A DNA stretch of 63,531 bases, counting the filler, from Octopus bimaculoides (taxonomy: Eukaryota), in NCBI RefSeq assembly GCF_001194135.2. It is 9 parts of 8 records of this genome, joined end to end, with 100 filler letters (N's around TTAATTAATTAA, not from the genome) between each part and the next. Parts side by side here need not be neighbours in the genome. Positions count along the whole stretch, not along the records: positions 47,010 to 55,379 come from NC_068990.1; positions 55,480 to 57,540 come from NC_069005.1; positions 57,641 to 61,228 come from NW_026377820.1; positions 61,329 to 63,531 come from NC_068996.1; 5 more parts are not named here. One strand, 5' to 3'. The number at the start of each line of letters is the position of its first letter. Position 1 is the first letter of the stretch. The notes under the pieces were generated by a model. The model searched no databases. It saw only the letters and a program-made list of their open reading frames with translations, and was not told where the DNA came from. Below are positions 51,945 to 63,531 of the stretch, in pieces. Position numbers and translations under genes: made by a program.

Positions 51945-53230
51945 AACATCAACTATATAACATGTGGTGTATTTTATCATTATTATTATTAATATTACTA
52001 TTATTATTATTATTATGTTTATTAGTAAGGTCTCTGGCTACTTTTGGTCCATACATAGACAGCTCTATTATGTTGTGATCCAAAACTAATGTCGTTGTCA
52101 CTTTCACATCATGAATGATGTTGATATTGTTTGTGTAGCACAGATCCAAAATGTTACTCGCCCTAGTTGGTCTGAGCACAACTTGCTCCATGAATAGGGC
52201 ATTATTGAGGTTGAGCAGGGACTTCACCTGTGCTTGTTTGCAATGAGTCATTCTTGAAAGCATAATGCTTTTGGGCCATTTGACATTGGGGAAGTTGAAA
52301 TCACTCATAAGAAATATGCTGGTGTTCCAGTTTCATGAGGGTTTCTTTAATTCTTGTGAAGCATTCTTCAAACTTGCCTATGTGGTTCAGAGCATCCGGT
52401 GGGTGATATGTATTGCATATGACTTTATTGTGTTGGTGTATGTATACAATTAGAATGTCACATTCTGAATTTGAGTATAGCAGTAAGACCTGGAGTGTGA
52501 GGTTTTCACAGATGTATACAGCAACTCCACCATCACTCCTTTCCTTTTTATCTATTTGCAGTATGGTATATTTTGGTACCTGTACTTCTACATCCTCTAT
52601 ATTAGGGCTGGGATGAATTTCCACAAGTGCTATGCATAGGGCTTGATTGCATGCAGAAAGGTCTCTCTCTTTTGTTATTGCGATGCAACAGGCCCTGAAA
52701 ATTTAGTAAAAATCTTGGTGTGACAACTGCGCAGGCATTAGGGAATGCCATCGTGTGTCTGTTAGTTGTGGTGGGTGGGGTTCCTTGTTTGCACATGATG
52801 TAGCCAGGTGAACTGCTGCACAATCTTTTGTGCCTGCCCCTCACAAAAAGTCTCTTGCTCAGCTGCTGCATTGCACATATAATCTGAAGAGTGGACTGCA
52901 TTTGTGTATCTTTTCTTTGGAGAGGATTAGTGCCTTTCCTCAGGAAAATATTTATGCTTAAGGGCCCTGTAGTTTTGGCAGGGCCTCAGTTGAACAAACC
53001 TGCAATTTGTACCATATTCCCCATCCCAACATTTGCCTTGCATGTCCTTCACTTCACTCCAAATTTCTACTCTCTTCTAGGGTTTCAGATTCCATTCAAG
53101 CCTCCATATTTGAGTTTTCTATTTTATGTTTGCCGGTTTGGTGGTTCAGTTTTAGTTATTTCATTTTTTCCTTTTCCTATGTACATATATAGCTTCCGTT
53201 GCAAGTGGCCCGTAAATAGCACCATTTGAG
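51945..53230 (-). mobile_element. Decayed CR1-group LINE 5' portion: ORF1 remnant and APE endonuclease
   Basis: APE motifs include NFQGL, GGVAVYI, YHPPD, SDFNFPNVKW, PTRASNILDL and LDHNIIE. Cys/His-rich ORF1-like remnants lie upstream (GTNCRFVQLRPCQN). Confidence 0.8.
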
Positions 53231-53239
53231 CGTAATCAT

Positions 53240-53420
53240 TACCAGTGTCGCCTTCTAGCACTTGTGCTGGTGGCACGTTAGAAAATCATTCGAGTGTGGT
53301 CGTTGCCAGTACCATGTGACTGGCCCTTGTGTCATGGCATGTAAAAGCACCAACTACACTCTTGAAGTGGTTGGTGTTAGGAAGGGCATCCAGCTGTAGA
53401 AACTCTGCCAAATCAGATTT
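53240..53420 (+). mobile_element. Same retroposon family as 48645-48860 (partial)
   Basis: TGGCACGT..AAAAGCAC..CTACACTC..GTGGTTGGTGTTAGGAAGGGCATCCAGCTGTAGAAAC. Confidence 0.7.
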
Positions 53421-53729
53421 TGCCAAATTTTAATACATATAAAATAAGTACTCATGTAGTTATGTTTTTGTATCCATGTATATCTGCATATGGTAATGTA
53501 TACATGCATAGGCATGTATACTGGAGTTTTTATAACTATTTATATGGTTTTATATACTTTTTGTAGGTTTTTTTTATGTGCCTTATATTCTTATATTTTT
53601 TTTTTTCATTTTTATTTTTATTCCAGGCTCCTTATACTCTTTTCAGTAATACCACATTGTATTTTACTATACCATCTCCAATTTTTATTTTAAATCTTAG
53701 TGGTAAATAAGGAAACACCGCTGCTGCTG

Positions 53730-53762
<33 letters not shown>

Positions 53763-54452
53763 TATATACTGAAAGTATTAGATGAATACATTGAAGTATC
53801 ATGTATCTGAAATTTTAAATAAAATACTAGAAAGACTTCTGGGCCAATTTTTTTCTTGTGGACAATTTATTATAAAAACAAACCCATCCCAAAACCAGTT
53901 TTTAGCATAAAACATCCTTCTCAAAATTCATGTAAATTCTAGTATAACATGAGTCATACTTTGAACTTCACCTTTATGATTCAGTTGCAGATAATGCATT
54001 TGTACATCCCTCTTCTGACAGTGTGCTTTTGTTTATGATTTAATGGCCATAACTACACTTATTCATCGACGGTCTACTGAATATCACTTTGACCCTATGA
54101 AAATACATCATTAGAAGTGAGGTTATATAAATGTGTTATGTGAAACTTAAGTTTTGAAATACCTTTACAAATGATCTGAAGATGCGCTTATAGTGCACAT
54201 GAATCTTTTTCAAGTTGTCATTTTGTGGATCAATTATTTGTTTATAATAAATTGTGTATTTAAAACAAATTTTGCAACAGATGTTGTGGGTTTAAGAACG
54301 TATTTCTTGTCTTTTTCTTTTATATNNNNNNNNNNNNNNNNNNNNNNNNNNNNNNNNNNNNNNNNNNNNNNNNNNNNNNNNNNNNNNNNNNNNNNNNNNN
54401 NNNNNNNNNNNNNNNNNNNNNNNNNNNNNNNNNNNNNNNNNTATTTCTCCAG

Positions 54453-54686
54453 CATATGATGAAATTATTAAATTTAAAAGCACCATGATACCAGGAGAGG
54501 ATACTTTTGAACGACTGAATAATGTGAGCTTAAAGAAGTGTGCTCAAGCTTGTTACCAAAATCCAAGATGTAATTCTTATGAGTACCATGAAAAAAATAT
54601 GCTCTGTGATCGAAGTAATGTGACTCACTTGACTCATGTTCTCCATCCCAACCAGTGGGGTTGGGATGTTTACATCATTAACCCAG
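54453..54686 (+). CDS. Internal exon encoding a second PAN/Apple domain (4-Cys type)
   Basis: Acceptor tatttctccAG (54451-52) and donor CCAG|gtcagt. The exon is 234 nt, phase 1-1. xYDEIIKFKSTMIPGEDTFERLNNVSLKKCAQACYQNPRCNSYEYHEKNMLCDRSN...WDVYIINP matches the PAN pattern. Confidence 0.87.
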
Positions 54687-57466
54687 GTCAGTGGTGTTTG
54701 CATTTCATTTTTTTGCATGTCAGTGTGTTGGTATGTATTGTCATATGTGTATGTATATATGTATTTGTCTGTCTGAATGTCAGTCTTTCTGTCTATTTAT
54801 GTCTATTTGTGTCTCTGGTTCTACTGACTCTACCTTCACAGATATTCTCTGGATATTTTTGTTGGCGTAAATCACTCCAATTTTTGAACTTTCTGAATTT
54901 GTATATGGTGATCCCACACAAGGAAGGTCTTCTTGTACTGAAACCTGGCCCCCATGCTGACAATAGGCTGAGTAGACAAGAAAGAAAGGGTAGTAAAACA
55001 TGTTCAGGAGGAAGAGGTGGAAGTATAAGAGAGAAAGAGAGAAACGAAAAGACAGAAAAAGAGAGAGAGAAAAACGGAGAATGAGACAGGAAGATAGATA
55101 CAGAGAGAGGGGAGGACTCATAGATACACAGGAAGATTGATAGAAAATTGGCAGAAAGGGAAGGAGAGTAAGTTGAAAAGAGAGTAAACAGATATAGAAA
55201 GCAGAAGAGTGGGTGAGAGAAGAGCAAATAAAAGAGACAGAGGGAAAGACAGAGAGAGAGACAAACAGATAGAAAGATAGATATAATAGGAAGAGGGGAT
55301 GACTGATAGAGAGGAGAAAAGTAGGAGTGAGAGTAAGCAAACATAGAAAGCAGAGTGGGAGAGGATAAGTAAGAGTAGANNNNNNNNNNNNNNNNNNNNN
55401 NNNNNNNNNNNNNNNNNNNNNNNTTAATTAATTAANNNNNNNNNNNNNNNNNNNNNNNNNNNNNNNNNNNNNNNNNNNNTATGTATGTATTTATCTTTCT
55501 GTGTGTGTGTGTCTCTGTTTGTGTATGTATGTCCATGAATGTATGTAAGTATATATATATATATGTAATTCAAAGTGTCTGTTAGTGAAAATAGGGTTAA
55601 CCACATTGAAGGCAAGTACTCAATAGAAGGGCAAGGAGAGGGATAAGCTTCCTTGGTAAGCTTTCTGTAAGAGTCAAATCTATTAAAGGAACACACACAC
55701 ACATTTAAAACAAAGTGAGGAATTGTATGTATTGAGGAAATATGCATATATATATAAATATATATATAATCATGCATATATATATATAAATATATATATA
55801 TATGCATATATACATATATGTATATATATATATATATTTGGTGCTTACATACCGAAGGGCTTGGTAAAAATTATTAATTATTAATTTATTAATAAATTGA
55901 TAATCCTTTACCCTTTTAATTGTAATAATATAAGTATATATATGTATATATCTTTATAAAAAAATATATGTATGTATATATGTATGTATGTATGTATATA
56001 TATATATATGTATGTATGTATGTATATATATATATATTTATATATATNNNNNNNNNNNNNNNNNNNNNNNNNNNNNNNNNNNNNNNNNNNNNNNNNNNNN
56101 NNNNNNNNNNNNNNNNNNNNNNNNNNNNNNNNNNNNNNNNNNNNNNNNNNNNNNNNNNNNNNNNNNNNNNNNNNNNNNNNNNNNNNNNNNNNNNNNNNNN
56201 NNNNNNNNNNNNNNNNNNNNNNNNNNNNNNNNNNAATAATTCACTTCACCATTTTCCAAGCTGAGAAATAAAACATTTTGAAAGCCAGAAAGCCCTGGGC
56301 AGCAGAGTATTTAACAAGGTTCATGGTTTTGTTATAACATTATCGTTACTCTACTTGCTGATCGAGTGCTATTCTACTTGTTGAAGCCTTCCCAATTAAT
56401 GATACACATACATAGATATATATATGTGTGTGTGTATGTATCTCTATATCTAGAAGTATCTGTCTCTAAAAAAAAAGTTTACACGTGTGTAATCCACTAA
56501 GCATGTGTGTGTATACGTGTGTGTGTGTGTGCGCGTGTGTGTGAGCATCTTGTTTAATTATAATACAGGCTCTAATTTTACCCGTGATAGAAAAGTATTT
56601 TCATCCAAGTTAACGCTGATACTTGTATTCTGTGCCTCTGTATTGACCATGTTGTGGCAGAGCTTAACGTTAATATAAGTTAATGTGATACGTGAATCTA
56701 ACACGTCATCTACAGTCAGGGATTATCCGGGTTGTTGACTAGAATGGTGGCTGTAGTTGGATTGAAAATATTATGTAAAGTTAGGTCTGGTTTTATATTC
56801 ACAGAGTTGCCTAGCGCACTCCGTGAAATTCCTTGGCTCATTTTATAAAAAGAAATATCATAGAAACGATAAACTCCAAATAATCTCTTTCTCTTAGTAG
56901 AATTATGAATTTGGTGTTCTAGAGGGTCACCAATTTGAAATATGAATAGACAATACAACTTACCAACTGTATGAAGTTGTTGTCAGTTTGGTCATTCATG
57001 AACAACACTGTAAGCAGTGTCACTATTCACACATAACATGCCTCCAGGATGCTTTCATGTTTGGAAAGCCAGAACGCAAACACCCTCAGCGCTTGCAAAG
57101 TAATATATGTACGTAGAAAATGCAAATAGTCGAAGGCTAAGCTGGTTTTGGGATATATTCAATGTGTGTGTGAGTTTAGTATGTGTATAGATAGTTTATA
57201 TGTACAAGCCATCAATCTATCTAAATGTATATATATTTGTATATCTACATGTGTGTGTGTGAGTGTGTGAAATGATATTAAAAATTACCAACTTTATAAA
57301 ATAGTTGTAACTTTGGTCAGGGAAACAGAAAAGTAAGAAAGACACAGAATGGAGGATAGGAACTAAAAAAGTAGTGAATGGAGAGAGAGGTAAATGGTGT
57401 TGATACATAGAAAATTAGGAATGTATAAGAATGCTCATAGTTTATATCATCAAGTTTTATTGCTGG

Positions 57467-57540
<74 letters not shown>

Positions 57541-58055
57541 NNNNNNNNNNNNNNNNNNNNNNNNNNNNNNNNNNNNNNNNNNNNTTAATTAATTAANNNN
57601 NNNNNNNNNNNNNNNNNNNNNNNNNNNNNNNNNNNNNNNNTATATATATATATATTTGCTTCCAATCACACATCACTGGTTTTCATTAAACGAAATTTAC
57701 ATCGAATAATATGCTCCGAGACAAACTGCGTCTAAATATGAAATATGCCAAAAATCAATGAAAAAAAAACTGGTGTATTTGCGACTGAAACACAGTTGAT
57801 GGTATATTTCTTGGATTAGGTTTACTTGCAGCTAACCATCATCATTATCGTCGTCGTCGTCGTCGTCATCGATAACAAGAATTATAAACGAAAGACAGGA
57901 TTTGAGACGATGTTTAGTGAAATTATTTCCGGGAGAACGAAATGTTTCACGGAAGCAATTAGAAAATAAAAATGAACGAATTGACAATGCTTATTTATAT
58001 CCGAAACCAAATTATTTACAAACCAAAACAAAGCAACTATTACATAACTGCATAA

Positions 58056-58518
58056 TACGAGGTGGGGGATGAACAGGCTCACGAAAGCCTGTCTGGAGGC
58101 CCAACCATCAGATTTCTTTTACAGGGCTTAGTAAAAGTCGGGGGCCCAAGCTTCGGATTTCTTTTACAGGGCTTAGCAAAACTGAAGGACCGTTACCATA
58201 AGTGTGTGAATCTGAGAGAGGAATATCTTGAATAAAATCATAATTAAGTGATCCTCCAGGATTTCTTCTTTACCCAAAGCCATCATAGATATATATACTG
58301 GGAGGTGGGGTGCTGAAAAGTTTCTGGTTTTAAGGGTATTGCGAAAGGCCTGGCTGCAGGCTCAACCTTCCGAGATTTTTAACAGGGCTTAGAAAAACTG
58401 AAGGATTGCTGCAATGGGTGTGTGAATCTGAGAGGGGAATATGTTGAACGAAATCATAATTAACTGGTCCTCCTGTATTTTCTTTACCCAAAGCCAGGAA
58501 CTCTTCAGCATCACCTCG

Positions 58519-58520
<2 letters not shown>
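58056..58520 (+). mobile_element. Two tandem mariner-derived MITE units retaining the transposase C-terminus
   Basis: The units run ~58056-58285 and ~58297-58520. The second has TIR-like ends GGGGTGCTGAAAAGTTTCTGG and CCAGGAACTCTTCAGCATCACCTCGTA. The internal GLEKLKD..CVNLRGEYVE matches a mariner C-terminus. Confidence 0.75.
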
Positions 58521-58557
<37 letters not shown>

Positions 58558-58559
<2 letters not shown>

Positions 58560-58860
58560 TAGCAGCTAAGCCCGGTTTCACCCGGTCGGTTTGGATGATG
58601 TGGGTGTAAAACCTGCTCTGTGTAAGTATTCGACTTGTCTGGGCACGCTTACGTTAAAAAGCAATTTTTTTAGAATGACTTTTTTCTTTCAAAACGCTAA
58701 AAATAACTGACCAACAAAAAAAAAGCCAACCAAGATTCAACCAAATCAAAAAATAAACCCAAATACTAAGCGAGCAAATATGAACCATCTCACTTCCATT
58801 GCGTGCGCGCACGCACACACACGCACACGCACACACATACACATACCTCCTTTTTACATA
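58558..58860 (+). mobile_element. Helitron/Helentron-like non-autonomous element
   Basis: Starts ACTAGCAGCTAAGCCCGGTTTCACCCGG (Lep1-like start with hairpin) and ends in a CA-rich tract plus a T-run. Confidence 0.4.
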
Positions 58861-58894
58861 CACACACATTTATGGAGCCATTGTAGATATAGCG

Positions 58895-59084
58895 GAGGTC
58901 AACAAACGTTAAAGCGAGGCAAACATCTCAAGTCATATACATTATTATTATTGGGAAAAAAAATTCAGTCTTACAGCTGTTTCCAGGATATCCCAGAAAC
59001 AGCTGTGAGACTTTGAATTTTTTTCCAATAATAATAATGTATATGACTTAAGATGTTTGCCTCGCTTTAACGTTTGTTGTCCTC
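58895..59084. repeat. ~190-bp palindrome centred on hammerhead stem II (GGAT|ATCC), Penelope-like
   Basis: The arms run from gaggtcaacaaacg to cgtttgttgtcctc, with the centre at 58989/58990. Both arms carry GAAACAGCTGT(A/G)AGAC, as in the 8.8 kb motif. Confidence 0.85.
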
Positions 59085-59304
59085 TTTAACAATNNNNNNN
59101 NNNNNNNNNNNNNNNNNNNNNNNNNNNNNNNNNNNNNNNNNNNNNNNNNNNNNNNNNNNNNNNNNNNNNNNNNNNNNNNNNNNNNNNNNNNNNNNNNNNN
59201 NNNNNNNNNNNNNNNNNNNNNNNNNNNNNNNNNNNNNNNNNNNNNNNNNNNNNNNNNNNNNNNNNNNNNNNNNNNNNNNNNNNNATATATATATATATAT
59301 ATAT

Positions 59305-59472
59305 ATACGAGTGTATTTTCTTAGTTTCCGTCAATGGAATCTATTCATAAGTCTTTCGTCGGCTCGAGACTGTGATAGAGGACACTTTCCCAAGGTGCTG
59401 AGCAATGGGACTGAAACCAGAACCATGCGGTTGGGAATCAAACTTCTTTCCCACACAGCCACGCCTGCACCT
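59305..59472 (-). mobile_element. SINE family A 5' half
   Basis: GACACTTTCCCAAGGTGC...GGGACTGAAACCAGAACCATGCGGTTG...CCACACAGCCACGCCTGCACC. Confidence 0.75.
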
Positions 59473-60250
59473 ATCACGGTATCTCTCTTTTAGGGTAATT
59501 TTGGTGAAGCTTTTGAAAAATTAAAAGTTATGAAAAGTGAACTATAGACAAACAACAACCGGCGAGTGTATTAATAAATTTCATCAATTAGGACTCTTCA
59601 TAAATGCAACAACATTGGTTTCAACACATGGTCGTTTCTGATTAAAATTCGAAATTCATGCTAAATAAATTCAGAATCGAATTATTATAAATTAATTTGA
59701 TTTTCTTTTTAATATTACGATACTTTTGATTTATGAATGCGATCTCTGTGTGCAATTTTGCATTATGTCATGACAATAAATCTATTGTATTCATTATCTT
59801 TGACTTTCGTCACTCTAATCTTCTTCACGTTGCTCTATTAACATTTTGAAATAAACATCCGTTATGATAACTAGCGCTGGCTTTTTGATCCACTTTATTT
59901 TCTTTAAGCAGCGTCACTTTTGAAAAGGAGAATTTAAATGATACACCCGCTGCGTAGCCACGTGTCTTCAATATGATGGCGCCACGGAAACGCACTGTAC
60001 TATCTTTTTGTTCTTCATCTTTCTTTTATTATTATTATTGTTTTTTTTTCGGCTTATTTGGACTGCGGCCCTGCTGGAGCACTGCGCTGCCTTGAAGAGT
60101 TTCTTTTTTTTTTTATTGCTAAGTACGTTACTTATTTTATCAGGCCAGGTTTCGGAGGACGTGAAGCAGTGCCGGGTGTCAAGTAGTGGGGGAGAGCACA
60201 AACATTACGAAAACACAAGCACACACACAAACACAAACATACACACGCAT

Positions 60251-60282
<32 letters not shown>

Positions 60283-60635
60283 ACACACACACACGCATAC
60301 ACACACACGCATACACACACATATGCGTCTCTGTAGTGGTGGTGATAATGTTGATAATGAAAATGATGATGAAATGGACATGGTGGTGGTGGTTGTGGTT
60401 GTGGTGGTGGTGGGAGCCGAGGTAGTGATCGAGGCGGCGGCGGCAGCGGCGGCAGTGGTTGTGCTGGCGGTGGTGGTGCTGGTGGTAGTGATGATGGTGA
60501 ATTCTCCCATTGATTGTGGAGAATTGTGATCAAGTTTAACAGTGCATGGCGAGATCAGCTTAAGAAGAACGGACGATGTTAGTATTTGATTGTTTAATGT
60601 AACAGATGGGCGTTTGCTGATGACGACGACGATGG

Positions 60636-60677
<42 letters not shown>

Positions 60678-63304
60678 CGACGATGATAATATGNNNNNNN
60701 NNNNNNNNNNNNNNNNNNNNNNNNNNNNNNNNNNNNNNNNNNNNNNNNNNNNNNNNNNNNNNNNNNNNNNNNNNNNNNNNNNNNNNNNNNNNNNNNNNNN
60801 NNNNNNNNNNNNNNNNNNNNNNNNNNNNNNNNNNNNNNNNNNNNNNNNNNNNNNNNNNNNNNNNNNNNNNNNNNNNNNNNNNNNNNNNNNNNNNNNNNNN
60901 NNNNNNNNNNNNNNNNNNNNNNNNNNNNNNNNNNNNNNNNNNNNNNNNNNNNNNNNNNGTGCTGGCGGCGGCGGCGGCGGCGGCGGTGGTGGTGGTGGTT
61001 GTCGTGATGAGGGTGTTGTTAGTGTAGTTAAGATTGGCAGCAATACGTGAGGTTATGATGATGTGACGATGAAAAAGAAAAAAAAAGAAAACTCTTTCTT
61101 CGCCTGCAAAAGTAATAAAATGAAAGTTTTTTAGTTTTTATTTTTGGAAAAACACATCAAGTGATGAGTGATACTATATATGTATGAGAACATTCACGTA
61201 TATACACACGTACACATACACACATGAANNNNNNNNNNNNNNNNNNNNNNNNNNNNNNNNNNNNNNNNNNNNTTAATTAATTAANNNNNNNNNNNNNNNN
61301 NNNNNNNNNNNNNNNNNNNNNNNNNNNNCTTTTATTGGACCAAATTTGGCTTACAGCCGTTTCCAATAGCCATTATAAGTATACTACTGATAGGTTTACT
61401 CAGTTGGTCTATTGATCAATTGAGGAAAATTGAAGGACCTGAGAAAATTAATGCTACTTTCATCAGAGCCATTTCTGGTTATAACAAGCAGAGCACTGAA
61501 GGAATGGCTATTGTATTGGAAGGTAGGAGGAGATGGAAATATTCAAGTAGAAAAGAGAACAGAGAAAGACAGATTACAAACGAATGAAAGTAGGCAAGGT
61601 GATGGTATAAGATTCACTTACTAGAAGTAAGGACATTGTATTGCCAAATTTGGAAGAGGGACAGTCCTAAAACATTAGTGTTTGCAGTCAGGTCAACACC
61701 CATTACTATATTGGCATTGTATCTAGGTTAGATATTCTCCACCCTTTGTGTTGGAATTTGATATGGGCTTTTAATGGATATGGTCAGTTTGAGACAGTAA
61801 TGCTCAGTTGGTGCTATCTAATTATAGTGGGAGAATTTTATTAGAAGATAAAGGATACTAATTGTAGTCATATTGTAGAGGTCAGGAATGCACTTATTAT
61901 CCAGGACATACATAAATAGTAATAGATTGAGAGATGTTATAAATGGGGTGATGTCAAGTTATAGTTGTCGAAAATTATATGTAAGTTCACGTTAACCTGA
62001 TTAGACGGATTTTAGAATTTTAAACTAATCTATATTATATATTAAACATATTATATGCAAGTATTAGTGTATGTATGTATGTATGTATGTATGTATGTAT
62101 GTATGTATGTATGCATGCATGCATATATGTATGTATGTATGTATGTGTCTGTGTGTATATGTACACAGGCTACTCATAATGTACCCATTATTACTATATG
62201 TATATATTTACACATGCAGGAGTATATACGTAAAACCAAGTATGTGCATACGTGAACAACATATTATGATTGTTAATGTATATGGTATAATAAAATGGAA
62301 TAAATTAGAATATTTAAAATATAATGGGAAAAGAACTAAATTAAAGCAATTAATATCAAGAGACCTTGTAAGAAAGATCTGTGAACTATCTCAATTTATC
62401 AATTTTCTTTGATGGAGCAAAATATCGGTTCTCGCTCTGAAATTTGAATTTGATTTAATGTTTGATACATGCGATATATATATACACAATCAAAGGTTAC
62501 AAACCTCAGTCAGGGATAGCAAAAATCTTATGAATGTACTGGTTGATTACCTATAGAAAGAGTATTGAACAATATATTTAATACTCCACTGCAAGCTAAC
62601 TATATAAACCGTGGTTTATATATATATTATTTATTATAATAATATGATAGAATAGAAAGGTAACTAATAGATTATTAATTAAAAACTGACAAACATCCCT
62701 TACAGCTGTTTCAATTCAGGCTCTCAGAAAATTAATTAAATTAAAAATTATTTGAGGGTCGAATCTTTTCAGGGGTAGATAAAGGTATACAAAGTAGGTG
62801 TTCAGTTTCCTCACATTGAGTAAACGACTACAAACCGAGAATGGTTTGCAGCCGTTTACTCAATATAAAATGGAACAAAAACGCAATAGAGGACAATGAA
62901 ACATTCGAACAGATAGACGACACAAAGGCTGACAAGAGAAACAACAATTAGAAGGACAGGGAAAAAAGATGGGTCATTCGTGGCCTTCTTTTTTCAGTCA
63001 AGTTACCAGAAATCCTTACTGTTTCGGGCAGTTATACTTGAGGCAGTTAGATCTGGTTGCCCCCAAGAAATTCTAAATTAAGAGCATTACATTTTTTGTA
63101 AGAAAGCTAACAAATGTGTACGGCAACAAAGACAAAAAACGTAGAACACGGTACACAATTCCAAAAACAAATAGCAAGAAAATAACAACAGGTGTCTTTC
63201 GACTGAGAACGAATCAAATTGAGCTGGTGTGTATGAAGTGAAAGCCTTAAGGCAGGGATATAGGAAATGGGTATAAGAGGTGTTGGAGGTCGGCAGTCAG
63301 GCCA

Positions 63305-63498
63305 ATGCTTGTGTCTGTGTTGGTCCCCACCACCATCACTTGACAACCGATGTTGGTGTGTTTACGTCCCCGTGACTTAGCTGTTCGGCAAAAGAACCTA
63401 GGCTTACAAAGAATAAGTCCTGGGGTCGATTTGTTCGACTAAAGGCGGTGCTCCAGCATGGGCGCAGCCAAATGACTGAAACAAATAAAAGAATAAAA

Positions 63499-63500
<2 letters not shown>
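63305..63500 (+). mobile_element. SINE family A 3' half
   Basis: Same tail as 39775-39877. Confidence 0.85.

Positions 63501-63531
<31 letters not shown>

Noticed and set aside
56716-57100. Minus-strand ORF and exon-like segment with donor at ~56963
   Set aside because: All three frames from the candidate acceptor contain stops, and the adjacent 80-aa ORF has no recognisable features.

Overview
AT-rich, gap-riddled eukaryotic DNA saturated with microsatellites and transposon debris. The SINE families and repeat density suggest an octopod cephalopod (inferred from recalled family features; no search was run). The only well-supported host gene is a + strand fragment with three symmetric phase-1 exons at 49.3-54.7 kb, encoding Sushi/CCP-PAN-PAN. 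Its 5' exons and terminal exon were not located with confidence. The rest is a decayed mariner, two maT-type (DD37D) transposase relics, several MITEs, LINE fragments (CR1-group, RTE, R4/Dong-like), Helentron-like non-autonomous pieces and many tRNA-derived SINEs from about four families. The most interesting signal is a set of minimal, Penelope-type hammerhead-ribozyme motifs. Two sit in the arms of a ~540-bp spacer-less palindrome (8.4-8.9 kb). A second ~190-bp palindrome is fused exactly through hammerhead stem II (58.9-59.1 kb), and further solo or degenerate copies occur elsewhere. Repeat boundaries are approximate, read by eye. Almost all ORFs in the supplied track are microsatellite or N-gap artefacts.
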